A stretch of DNA of 64,000 bases from Scyliorhinus canicula (lineage: Eukaryota), in contig NW_024055870.1 of assembly GCF_902713615.1 (NCBI RefSeq), positions 434,001 through 498,000 of the forward strand, in the 5' to 3' direction. Of this stretch, positions 49,791 to 61,003 are shown piece by piece. The notes beneath the pieces were generated by a model, which was not told the origin of the DNA, ran no database searches, and saw only the letters and a program-made list of their open reading frames with translations. Both the position numbers and the translations under genes were made by a program. The stretch's first letter is position 1. Each line of letters begins with the position of its first letter.

Positions 49791-50239
49791 ATATATATGC
49801 ATATATTTAGACGGAGATCTAACAACTCACCGCTGATATTCCTCTCGCCATCTTGACTAAGTGCCGGGATCGCCTGCCTGTGCGGACCCCTGTCTCCGGC
49901 CTTAATGTATCATCCCAGCGGGGGATGTGATGTTTAAGAAACGTGAAGCGACCAGCTTGAAGGTGGAGACCGAGTTGGAGACGAGAAGCGGGAGGGTGGA
50001 GAGTCGAAACTGGGTGGGAGCCCGTCACACCTCGCGCGGAATATGTTGTGGATGACGCCTGGAGAAGGAAGCCGCAGGTTGACGGTGGTGAGGCCGGAGG
50101 CGGTGCAGAGCCTCCCCACTCGGCGCGGAGTCCAGCCTATGTGTCTATTACGGTCACTAACCGCCCAAGTAGTCGGTCGGAAACTGGGCCGAAACCGCCA
50201 TGAGGCGGTGCGGAAAGATACCGTACTTCAGAACTGATC

Positions 50240-50460
50240 CAACACGGCGGCACAGTGGTTAGCATTGCTGCCTATGGCGCTGAGGGCATGGGTTCGAATC
50301 CCGGCACTGGGTCACTGTCCGTGTGGAGTTTGCACATTCTCCCCGTGTCTGCGTGGGTTTCATCCCCACAACCCAAAGATGTACAGTATAGGTAAATTGG
50401 CCACTCTAAATTACCCCTTAATTGGAAAAAAAATTGGGTGCTCTAAAATTTAGGAAAAAA
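50240..50460 (+). mobile_element. V-SINE, A-rich tail type
   Basis: tRNA head GGCACAGTGGTTAGC...GGTTCGAATCCC. Confidence 0.8.
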
Positions 50461-50751
50461 AGGAGTGATCCAACAAAGAGACGATGATGTGGTAGATTAC
50501 AACAAAAGTTTATTAATACAGCATGAAAATAACTTTAACATCGCAAAAGACAATATCTTACAAGTACCCCTTAATTAGTGCAGTGACACTATAGCCCATT
50601 AACAGTTACTGTTATTCCCAGAAAAAAAAACATCAGGAAATAAAAGCCCAATTCAGTTTTTGGAGAAAATGTATAGTCCATTCTACCCTTCGAGTCTTCT
50701 CCGATCTTCATTCTGATCTTGGCTGATCATCCAACTCAGTCACCAAGCAGG

Positions 50752-50945
50752 AAGCCAGGTGGCGCAGTGGGTTAGCACTGCTGCCTCATGGCACCGAGGT
50801 CCCACGTTCATCACGGCTCTGGGTCACTGTCAGTGTGGAGTTTACACATTCTCCCCGTGTTTGCGTGGGCTTCTCCCCCACAACCCAAAGATGTGCAGGG
50901 TAGGTGGATTGGCCACGCTAAATTGCCCCTTAATTGGAAAAACAA
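50752..50945 (+). mobile_element. V-SINE, A-rich tail type
   Basis: Similar to 50240-50460. Confidence 0.75.
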
Positions 50946-51019
50946 TGAATCGGGCATTCCACGTTTAAATTAAAACTCAGTCACCTAGTCCCCACCCCCT
51001 CAGAATCCGTTGTTGCATC

Positions 51020-51350
51020 ATGTGTGAAATCTAACCGCTTCTCGAAAATATACAATGTTTTGGTCTCATTTGCTTCCTGTGGTAGCGAATTCCACAGACC
51101 AACCGATATTTGAATGATGAAATTGCTCCTCATCTTTGCCCTAAACGGTCTACTCCGTATCCTCAAACCAAGACCCCCTGGTTATGGAAACTCCTAACAT
51201 CGAGATTGTCCATCCTGCATCTACCCTGTCTGGTCCTGTTCTAAATTCGTAGGTTTCTATAAGACCCTCCAACATTCGACTTAACGCCGGATAATACTAT
51301 CCTAACTGACTCCATCTCTCCTCCAATGTCACTCCCGCTATCTCAGGAAT
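51020..51350 (-). mobile_element. Old CR1 3' fragment
   Basis: RIRSRPFRAKMRSNF...GLWNSLPQE. Confidence 0.7.
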
Positions 51351-51569
51351 TGTTTGCTGCTGTCATCCAAGTGCAACACCGACCTTCACTTGAGGAGGCA
51401 AAAAATCTCCCAGTCGTGGCCACACCAAATCAAAGGAGGAGGGGGATGTATGGCTGCCACCTGTTGATGTGTAGCAGACTGGAGCAGACTGGGTGAAAGT
51501 CCTGATCCTGTTCCTATGCAACAGACTCGTGGATGGGAGGGAGGTGGGAAGGTGTGCTTAAAGTATTTC

Positions 51570-52700
51570 CTATTGCCTCCACGGGCGGGCGAGGAGGTTG
51601 GCTCCCTTGCGCAGGACCCCCCAGTAGGCGTCCTTGAACTGCCGGTTCATTATGGCGTAGAGGATTGGGTTGATGCAGCTATTCAGCCAGGTGAAATTGC
51701 CGGCCACCATGTGGACGAGAACGGGGGCCCGCTTCTTCCCGTCCACCACATGCAGGAAGCAGAAGGGGAAGTAGCAGGTCACGTAGACTAGGAACATGGC
51801 GAAGCACATGCGGGTCACCTTGCGAAACTCGCCGCTGCTGCTCCTCTTGGCCTGGCAGATGGAGGTCCCGGTTTCCCCGGCCTGGAGGGCCATTTCGTTG
51901 CCAGGGGCTGCGGTCTCAATGCTGGTGGCATCAGTCGACCTGGTGGGCGCATCCCCGGAGAGGGAGTTGGCGCTGGACACGTTGGCGATCCCGCTGTCCG
52001 CAGCGGAGACCCCTGCCCCCGTTGGCTTCCTCCCGCGACCATCGCCCTCCAGCCGGTACCCCTCCAGTGCCTGGGAAGCCGCCTTCACCTTACGATGGAT
52101 GAGGAAGTAGAACATCCCAATGCAGCTTAGTCCAAGTCCAAACATGAATAACATGAGGATGGTGGTGTAAGGCCTCCCTCGCTCCCTGTGGAAGGTGCAG
52201 GTGCAGACAGGCGGGAGGAAGACATAGATATTCCAAAGGGGCCCGAAGAGAGTCAGGCCCAACAGCCACGGCAGGGCTACGAAGAAGGGCATCGTGCGGC
52301 AGGAGAAGACCCGGTCGAACCTGCGGGCGTCCGAGATGAGGACGTAGCGGCTCATGGCGATGAGAATCAAGCTGAAGATGGAGACAGCGTTGGCCACAAA
52401 GAGGATAAGGCCGAAGACACGGCACATGCCCTCACCCTGGCGCCAGGCGAAGTGGATGAAGGTGTCGGTCGTCACGGGCTGGAGGAAGGCGCAGTAGATG
52501 AGGTCGGCCACTGTCAGGTTGAGGATGAGCACGTTGAGGCGGGTGCGGATCCTCTTGTCCGTGGCAAAGGCCAGCACCGTCATGACGTTGCCCACGGTCC
52601 CCACGGCAGTCACCAGGATCCCCAATAGGGCACCAAAGTAGCGGTAGTTGACGACAGCCGGGTGGCAGGTCAGGTTGCTGAAGGACGAGTTGGGATCCAT
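51570..52700 (-). CDS. GPR84: G protein-coupled receptor 84 (376 aa from MDPNSSFSNLTC)
   Basis: Matches remembered GPR84 segments: YRY..., GTVGNV, NLTVADL.YC..LQP, CRVFGL.LF, VCTC.F.R.RGRPYTTILM, long ICL3, EF.KVTRMCFA.FL, TWLN.CINP.LYA.MNRQF. The ORF extension upstream of 52700 is not GPCR-like. Confidence 0.93.
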   Translation of the reverse strand: MDPNSSFSNLTCHPAVVNYRYFGALLGILVTAVGTVGNVMTVLAFATDKRIRTRLNVLILNLTVADLIYCAFLQPVTTDTFIHFAWRQGEGMCRVFGLILFVANAVSIFSLILIAMSRYVLISDARRFDRVFSCRTMPFFVALPWLLGLTLFGPLWNIYVFLPPVCTCTFHRERGRPYTTILMLFMFGLGLSCIGMFYFLIHRKVKAASQALEGYRLEGDGRGRKPTGAGVSAADSGIANVSSANSLSGDAPTRSTDATSIETAAPGNEMALQAGETGTSICQAKRSSSGEFRKVTRMCFAMFLVYVTCYFPFCFLHVVDGKKRAPVLVHMVAGNFTWLNSCINPILYAIMNRQFKDAYWGVLRKGANLLARPWRQ

Positions 52701-52889
52701 TGAGCACCCCTTATGGGAAAGACCACAATTGAAAATCACAATCCAAAATGCCAATTGAAGACCGCAATGGACGACCACAACCGAAGAGCAAAAATGCTTC
52801 TTAAAATAGGAGACCAGCTGTGATGGCGCCTCGACCCTGCGAGTACAGTGGTTGTGACTCCTTCTCTGCCTCTGCTCGGTACTTGCTCG

Positions 52890-53045
52890 GAGCCCCTTTA
52901 TAGAGCTGCGAGAGAGGGTTCGCACAAACAGTTCCTCTGACGCCAAGTTTGTTCTCGAACTGCTTCCCTTTTCTGAACCTTCTTCTCCAAATCACCCAGA
53001 GAGGGAGAGAGACGTAATTTCCACGGCCCACAATTTGGCAATAGT
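52890..53045 (-). promoter_or_regulatory. Putative GPR84 promoter
   Basis: Minus-strand TATAAA at ~52897-52902; PU.1/ETS-like AAAAGGGAAG at ~52963-52972; NF-kB-like GGAAATTAC at ~53014-53022; C/EBP-like TTGCCAAAT at ~53033-53041. Confidence 0.45.
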
Positions 53046-53109
53046 GAAACCATTCCGCTAAATGCTCAGGGGGTTTACAGTCAGATCATAAACTCCGAGG
53101 TCAATGTGT

Positions 53110-56025
53110 ATGCCATAGAGAACAACAGACCATGTGTATAATATATCGAATAACAGCCCCTGTGTATATTGTTGAGCATAACAGTCCTTGTGTACATTCT
53201 AGAAAATAACAGCCCATGTGGATATTATAGAATTTAACAGTCCCTGCCCTGTGTATATTATAGTGAATATAAGTCCCTATTTATATTACAGAGAAAAACA
53301 GTCTATGTATATTATAGAGAATAACAGCCCCTGTGTTTATTATAGAGAATAACAGCCCCTTTGTATATTATAGAGAATAACAGTCTCTGTGTATATCATG
53401 TAGAATAACATTCCCTGTGTATATTATGGAGAACAACAGTCCCTGTGTAAATTATAGAGAATTAAATTCCCTGTGTATATTATAGAGAATAATAGTCCTG
53501 TGTATATCATAGAGAATAAGAGCCCCTGCATATATTATAGAGAATAACACTCTGTGCGTATATTGTGGAGAATAACAGCACCATGCTATGTTATAGAGAT
53601 TGACAGTCTGTGTGTATATTACAGAGAATAACAGTCTGTGTATATTATAGAGACTGACAGTCCCTCTGTATATTACAGAGAATAACGGCCCCTGTGTATG
53701 TTCTTGAGAATACCTATCCCTGTGCATATTACAGACAATAACAGGCCCTATGTATATTATAGACAATAAAAGTCCCTGTGTATATTATAGATTATGACAG
53801 TATCTGTGCATATTATAGAAAATAACAGGCCCTGGCATATTATTGACAAACACAGCCCAAGTGTATATTTAAGAGGATAACAGTCCCTGTGTATATTATA
53901 GAGAATAACAGACGCTGTGCATATTATAGAAAATAACAGTCTCTGTGTATATTATAGAGAATAACAGCAACTGTGTATATTGTAGAGACCAACAGTCCCA
54001 GTCAATAGTATAGATAATAACAGCCTCTGTGTATATTGCATAGAGTAACAGCCCCTGTGTATATTATAGAGAATAACAGTTCCTGTGTATGTTATAGGGA
54101 ATAACAGCCCCTGTGTATATTATAGAGAATAACTTCCCCTGTGTACATGATTGAGAATAACAGTCCCTGTGTATAATTTAGGGAATAACAGTGTTTGTGT
54201 GCATCATGGAGAATAACGGGCCCTGTGTATATTATAGACAATAAAAGTCCCTGTGTATATTATAGATTATAACAGTATCTGTGCATATTATTGAGAATAA
54301 CAGGCCCTGTGCATATTATTGACAAACACAGCCCAAGTGTATATTTAAGAGAATAACAGTCCCTGTGTATATTATAGAGAATAACAGACGCTGTGTATAT
54401 TGTGGAGATCAACAGTCCCGGTCAATAGTATAGATAATAACAGCCACTGTGTATATTGTAGAGAATAACAGTTCCTGTGTATGTTATAGGGAATGACAGC
54501 CCCTGAGTATATTATAGAGAATAACAGCCCCTGTGTATATTATAGAGAATAACAGTCCCTGTGCATATTATTGGCAATAACAGTCCCTGTGTATATTACA
54601 GAGAATAACTGCCCCTGTGTACATGATGGAGAATAACAGTCCCTGTGTATAATATAGTGAATAACAGTGTCTGTGTATATCATGGAGAATAACAGCCCCT
54701 GTGTATATTATGGAGAATAATAGACCCTGTGTATATTATAATAAAAGCCCCTGTGTATGTTACAGAGAATAATAGTCCTGAGTATATCATAGACAATAAC
54801 AGCCACTATATATATTACAGAGAATAACATTATGTGTGTATATTACGGAGAACAACAGCCCCTGTGTATGTTATAGAGAATACCAGTCCCTGTGCATATT
54901 GCAGACAATAACAGGCCCTGTGTATATGATAGACAATAAAAGCCCCGGTGTATATTGGAACATAGAACAGTACAGCACAGAACAGGCCCTTCGACCCTCG
55001 ATGTTGTGCCGAGCAATTATCACCCTACTCAAGTCAACGTATCCACCCTACACCAGTAACCCAACAACCCCACCCCCATTAACCTTATATTTTTTAGGAC
55101 ACTAAGGGAAATTTAGCATAGCCAATCCACCTAACCCGCACATCTTTGGACTGTGGGAGGAAACCGGAGCACCCAGAGGAAATCCACGCACACACGGGGA
55201 GGACGTGCAGACTCCGCACAGACAGTGAGCCAGCCGGGAATCGAACCTGGGACCCTGGATGTGTGAAGCATTTATGCTAACCACGATGCCACCGTGCTGT
55301 CCCTATATTATAGAGTATAAACGTATCTGTGTATATTATAGAGAATAACAGCCCCGGTGCATATTATTGACAAACACAGCCCAATTGTATATTAAAGAGA
55401 ATAACTGTCCCTGTGAATATTATAGAGAATAACAGACACTGTGTATATTATAGAAAATAACAGACCCTGTGTATATTATAGAAAATAACAGTCCCTGCGT
55501 ATATTATGGAAAATAACAGCCCCTGTGTATATTATAGAGGTCAACAGTCCCTGTCAATATTACAGATAATAACAGCCCCTGTGTATATTGCATAGAATAA
55601 CAGCCCCTGTGTATACTATAGCGAATAACAGTTCCTATGTAGGTTATAGAGAATACAAGTCCCTGTGTATAATATAGAGAATAACAGTCCCTGGGTATAT
55701 TATAGAGAATAACCGCCCCTGTGTATATTATAGAGAATAACAGTCCCTGAGTATATTATAGAGAATAACAGCCCCTGTGTATATTATAGAGAATAACAGT
55801 CCCTGTATATATTATAGAGAATAACAGTCCCTGAGTATATTATAGAGAATAACAGTCCCTGAGTATATTATAGAGAATAACAGTCCCTGTGTATATTATA
55901 GAAAATAACAGCCCCTGTGTATATTGCATAGAATAACAGCATCTGTGGATATTACGGAGAATAACAGTCCCTGCGTATAATATAGAGAATAACAGTCCCT
56001 GTGCATATTATAGACAAAAAACAGT
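53110..56025. repeat. 28-bp AT-rich satellite
   Basis: Unit TATATTATAGAGAATAACAGTCCCTGTG, about 90 copies. Confidence 0.95.
54958..55303 (-). mobile_element. HE1-like V-SINE inserted in the satellite
   Basis: Reverse complement of the 2786-3130 type. Confidence 0.9.
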
Positions 56026-56037
56026 GCCTTTGCCTAG

Positions 56038-56357
56038 GCATAGAACATACAGTACAGAAGGTGGACATTCGGCCCATCGAGCCTGCACCGACCAACTTAA
56101 ATGCTCAATTCCACCCTATCCCCGTAACCCAGTAACCCCTCCAAACCTTGTTGGTCAGTCAGGGCAATTTATCATGGCCAATTCAACTAATTGTACTTCT
56201 TTGGACTATGGGATGAAATCGGAGCACCCAAAGGAAATCCAGGCACACATCGGGAGACCGTGCAATCTCCACACAGGCAGTGACCCAGCGGGGAATCGAA
56301 CCTGGGACGCTGGCACTGTGAAGCCACCGCGTTGCCCACTTGTGTTGTCATGCTGCC
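56038..56357 (-). mobile_element. Older V-SINE
   Basis: V domain and tRNA head on minus. Confidence 0.75.
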
Positions 56358-56915
56358 GTTCTCTATGTTGTTGTGAACAAGAGTCCCTCTGCAATTTTCA
56401 GACAAAATGCTTTTATGTTGTTAAGATTATTTGCAAAGGGTTTAGAACTTTTTGTCTTTTCTTTCGGTTCACCGAGGGGGCATTTTTGGTTGAGTAGTTC
56501 AATGTCGGTCACAATGTCCGAAGCTGCAATAGCTTCCCGAACGGATGTACCAACCCACCGCAATTCCGAGAGGGCAGCCGAGTTAAAACAGACTGTTCCC
56601 GAGCCGTGGTTACGAGAGCCTCTGGGCCCCCGAGTGTCCGTCACGAGACCGCTGAAGCATCCGCTCCAGCTTGTCAGGTTTCCTGCAGGGGCTGCAGCGC
56701 CTGCTGCAGTTGTGAAATACATGTCAACGTGTTTCCTGCTCAGGAGAAACCGCTGCTGGTGACCTAAGTCCGCCTTTCCTCATCTCAATCTGCACAAAAT
56801 TACGCCATGGCTAACAGCAGATGGGGCGTGGTTACATCAAACGGGGCGTGGTCTAGTAGTCTGAGTGAGTGAGTGAGTTAAGTTAAGTTAAGTTAAGTTA
56901 AGTTGAGGTGGGTGA

Positions 56916-57005
56916 GAGTGTAAAAACAAATGTGCAATATGAAGCTGAGCGTCCCCATTTGTCACATTCTGCTCAGCTTCATATTGCACATTTGTTTTTA
57001 CACTC
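56916..57005. repeat. Perfect inverted repeat (35-bp arms, 20-nt loop)
   Basis: GAGTGTAAAAACAAATGTGCAATATGAAGCTGAGC / GCTCAGCTTCATATTGCACATTTGTTTTTACACTC. Confidence 0.95.
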
Positions 57006-57009
57006 ACTG

Positions 57010-58182
57010 TTCAATACATTGATATCTGTTCATCCTGACCATGCTACACATCCCAGTCAGCCAGTTCCACACATTGATCCCTGTTCATCCTGACCGTGTT
57101 ACACATCCCAGTCAGCCAGTTCCACACATTGATCCCTGTTCATCCTGACCGTGTTACACATCCCAGTCAGCCAGTTCCACACATTGATCCCTGTTCATCC
57201 TGACCGTGTTACACATCCCAGTCAGCCAGTTCCATACATTGATCCCTGTTCATCCTGACCGTGTTACACATCCCAGTCAGCCAGTTCCACACATTGATCC
57301 CTGTTCATCCCAGTCAGCCTGTTCCACACATTGATCCCTGTTCATCCTGACCATGCTACACATCCCAGTCAGCCAGTTCCACACATTGATCCCTGTTCAT
57401 CCTGACCGTGTTACACATCCCAGTCAGCCAGTTCCATACATTGATCCCTGTTCATCCCAGTCAGTCTGTTCCACACATTGATCCCTGTTCATCCTGACCA
57501 TGTTATACATCCCAGTCAGCCTGTTCCACACATTGATCCCTGTTCATCCCAGTCAGTCTGTTCCACACATTGATCCCTGTTCATCCTGACCATGTTACAC
57601 ATCCCAGTCAGCCTGTTCCACACATTGATCCATGTTCATCCTGACCGTGTTACACATCCCAGTCAGCCTGTTGCACACATTGATCACCGTTTATCCCAGT
57701 CAGTCTGTTCCACACATTGATCCCTGTTCATCCTGACCATGTTACACACCCCAGTCAGCCTGTTCCACACATTGATCCCTGTTCATCCTGACCATGTTAC
57801 ACATCCCAGTCAGCCTGTTCCACACATTGATCCCTGTTCATCCTCAGCATGTTACACATCCCAGTCAGTCTGTTCCAAACATTGATCCCTGTTCATTCTC
57901 TGCATGTTACACATCCCAGTCAGTCTGTTCCACACATTGATCCCTGTTCATCCTGACCATGTTACACATCCCAGTCAGTCTGTTCCACACATTGATCACC
58001 GTTCATCCCAGTCAGCCTTTTCCACACATTGATCCCTGTTCATCCTGACCATGTTACACATCCCAGTCAGTCTGTTCCACACATTGATCCCTGTTCATCC
58101 CAGTCAGCCTGTTCCACACATTGATCCCTGTTCATCCTGACCATGTTACACATCCCAGTCAGCCTGTTCCACACATTGATCT
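57010..58182. repeat. 55/37-bp minisatellite
   Basis: Unit ACACATTGATCCCTGTTCATCC[TGACCGTGTTACACATCC]CAGTCAGCCAGTTCC; short variants lack the bracketed 18 bp. Confidence 0.95.
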
Positions 58183-58533
58183 GACATCGCATTTCACTTT
58201 TCATTCAAAGCATGCGAGCTGGAAATGAAGGTATTTGTGTGAGCAGCAATACTGAAAGTACATCAAAAATTCTAATTTGTATAGTTAACTAACATGGTGG
58301 AAATCGGCTAATATTTAGAATGTAGAAATTCAATGTCAGAAACGAACAGTGTAGAACAATTCAATGTCGTAATCCGTTTGTTCACTAACAGAAAGATAAC
58401 TGATGTCGCAACATGAATTTCCCTACGGTGATCCAAGATGGTATAACTGAAAAGTTTTCGTCATAAATCACCTCACAAGTTAACAGCGAGGCATTAACTG
58501 CATCAGGAAGGATCCTATCAATTCACAGTGAAG

Positions 58534-58600
58534 ATGTCGGAAACATTAACAAGTATCAAGAAAGTATTTTACACGTCCCTCGTTTTTATTGGTGTTCCTG
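58534..58600 (+). CDS. Putative coding exon 1 of a second GPR139/142-like GPCR (MSETLTSIKKVFYTSLVFIGVP)
   Basis: AAGATG start; 22 codons + 1 nt ending GVP-G|GTAAGT (consensus donor); same architecture as 34366-34435; exon 2 not seen in the window. Confidence 0.7.
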
Positions 58601-60008
58601 GTAAGTTACTCTGATCAGAGCAGTTATTTAAACTTGTGATTGAAATTCTCTGGTTTTATACTGTTACTCATTAAATTTCCTCCTGAGCTGATTGTTACCG
58701 TGATGCATGTACGTGATCATTGATCTGCGCTGTCTGCAATTGAATTGTCCGAATTATCTCTGTGGGATCATACGATTTCCTCAACTGAGCCACCCATGTT
58801 TATAACTTACAGCCCAACGGAAATGTCCAGTTATTGTGTTTCATTTCATATCTTGAAATATTAACCCAGACTTAAATTGATACATCGTTTTTGACGGACG
58901 GTAGTAGCAGGAATACGGAACAGAATGAGGGTTGCAATTCAGAGAGGATGACCTGATTCAAGTGAAAATGTATTCCTCAGAGCAATTGTCGGTGCAGAAT
59001 TATACTGACTGTGATCACGAATCCGAGTCGAATACATAAGCATAGTAAATATCTGTTAGTGAGAGCATCTGTCAATTCTGGTTTTGTATTGTCCAGGAAG
59101 CTAGCTGGGGTTGGATACCTGACAGAACTGACTATTGATCCATTTAGATGTCTGTCAGTTTTCGAATTGCACCGAGTGTATGTTACGAAACAGAGTGGAA
59201 TACGCGATTTCCCCCTCCCGTGCCCAAGTATTACTGGGGTTACCTGTCAGTGCCGAATTGTGTGGAGTGTGCGTCGCAAATTGGTGTTAAATAATTTGAT
59301 TCAATTTTCAGATCATTACTTGGGGTTTCAGTTATCACCCCATTCCAGGCAGCTGGCGCTCTTTTTTACCAATTTTTCGCACTGAAAAGTTGAATCTTTT
59401 CTGCAGTTGTTGACGGAACATTGTGATGGGTGCATACAGTACAATGTGCAAATATCTGTGTGTTTCGTAATCATCTGCTCAAACAGAAACTGTTGTTTCT
59501 GAAACATGAACAACCCGACAAGTCTCTTACTGTTTACCAATCCACTTCCTGCTTTGGTTTACTTCAAACCTTCCAGAAATTTATTCGAATATCTGTTGTA
59601 TTGTGTCGGTAGTTGAACCTAGGGCACTGTATTAATTGATTCATAAATCTATTAATCAGAACCGCTAACAGCCCCAATTCCGTTCCCGCACTGTGATTGT
59701 CCAAAGAATATTTGGAAACACATTTTTCCAATTCATATGAAACACCTGACGGCTAACTTTATTGGACTTAATTTCCAGCGACAACGTCAATTAACGACTT
59801 GTTATTCATGTGTTGACACATTTTTTGAATTCTTCCTCTCAATTAAATCTTGTCTTTTGTTTCGGAAATAACCTCGTTGTCTCCCGACTGCATCTCAGCT
59901 ATGTAAGTGCAGAACAATATTCATCCGAAATCCTTCCCACATTGTACATAACTTCCTAACATCTGCTGCTTGGGCACTTGATTCCAATAGTTCTGCCATT
60001 CGTCGGTA

Positions 60009-60322
60009 TAGAACATAGAACAGTACAGCACAGAACAGGCCCTTCGGCCCTCGATGTTGTGCCGAGCAATGATCACCCTACTTAAACCCACGTAACCCAA
60101 CAATCCCCCCATTAACCTTACACTACGGGCAATTTAGCATGGCCAATCCACCTAACCCGCACATCTTTGGACTGTGGGAGGAAACCGGAGCACCCGGAGG
60201 AAACCCACGCACACAGGGGGAGGACGTGCAGACTCCACACAGACAGTGACCCAGCCGGGAATCGAACCTGGGACCCTGGAGCTGTGAAGCATTGATGCTA
60301 ACCACCATGCTACCGTGAGGCC
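60009..60322 (-). mobile_element. HE1-like V-SINE
   Basis: Reverse complement of the 2786-3130 type. Confidence 0.9.
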
Positions 60323-60672
60323 CTTTGTACTGTTGCAACTTTGCATTTTAATTCGAAAATCAGAGAGCTTGGCAATATCTTATTAATTAAATCCATAATG
60401 AAGATGGTTATCCAAATACTTTCACATGGTGTTACCTTTTTGGAATGTATGTTGAAGACTGTTGATTATATTCTGTATGTCTGGGCTTTCCGTTTTTTTT
60501 TAAAAATTACCGTTCGCTTAATTTCTTTCCGAAGACATTAGTTAGCCACATTGCAATTTTTTGAACTTGTGCTAGCTGCTTCAAAAAATCTGCCTTTAAA
60601 TTCTTTGGCAATGAGCTCACGATTGTTAATGAATAGGAAAAAAGAATCTGCTGTCTTGCCCCATCACATTTT

Positions 60673-61003
60673 CATAGAATATACAATGCAGAAGGAGGCC
60701 ATTCGACCCATCGTGTCTGCACCGGTTCCTGGAAAGAGCACCCTGCACTAACACCTCCACCCTAGCCCCATAACCCAGTAACCCCACCCAACACTAAGCA
60801 ATTATGGACACTAAGGGCAATTTATCATGGCCAGTCCACCTGCACATTTTTGCACTGTGGGAGGAAACCGGAGCACCCGGAGGAAACCCACGTACACACG
60901 AGGAAGATGTGCAGACTCCGCACAGACAGTGACCCAAGCCGGAATTGAACCTGGGACCCTGGAGCTGTGAAGCGATTGTGCTATCAACAATGCTACAATG
61001 CTG
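60673..61003 (-). mobile_element. V-SINE
   Basis: V domain, tRNA head, CR1-like tail. Confidence 0.85.

Noticed and set aside
49041-49836. Arg/Glu- and Ser/Leu-rich ORFs
   Set aside because: Translations of (CT)n low-complexity DNA and a SINE
52701-52946. 82-aa N-terminal extension of GPR84
   Set aside because: Non-ATG start, spans the putative TATA box, and homology begins at MDPNSS
56363-56722. 119-aa ORF on minus
   Set aside because: No recognisable homology, and it runs up to a SINE boundary
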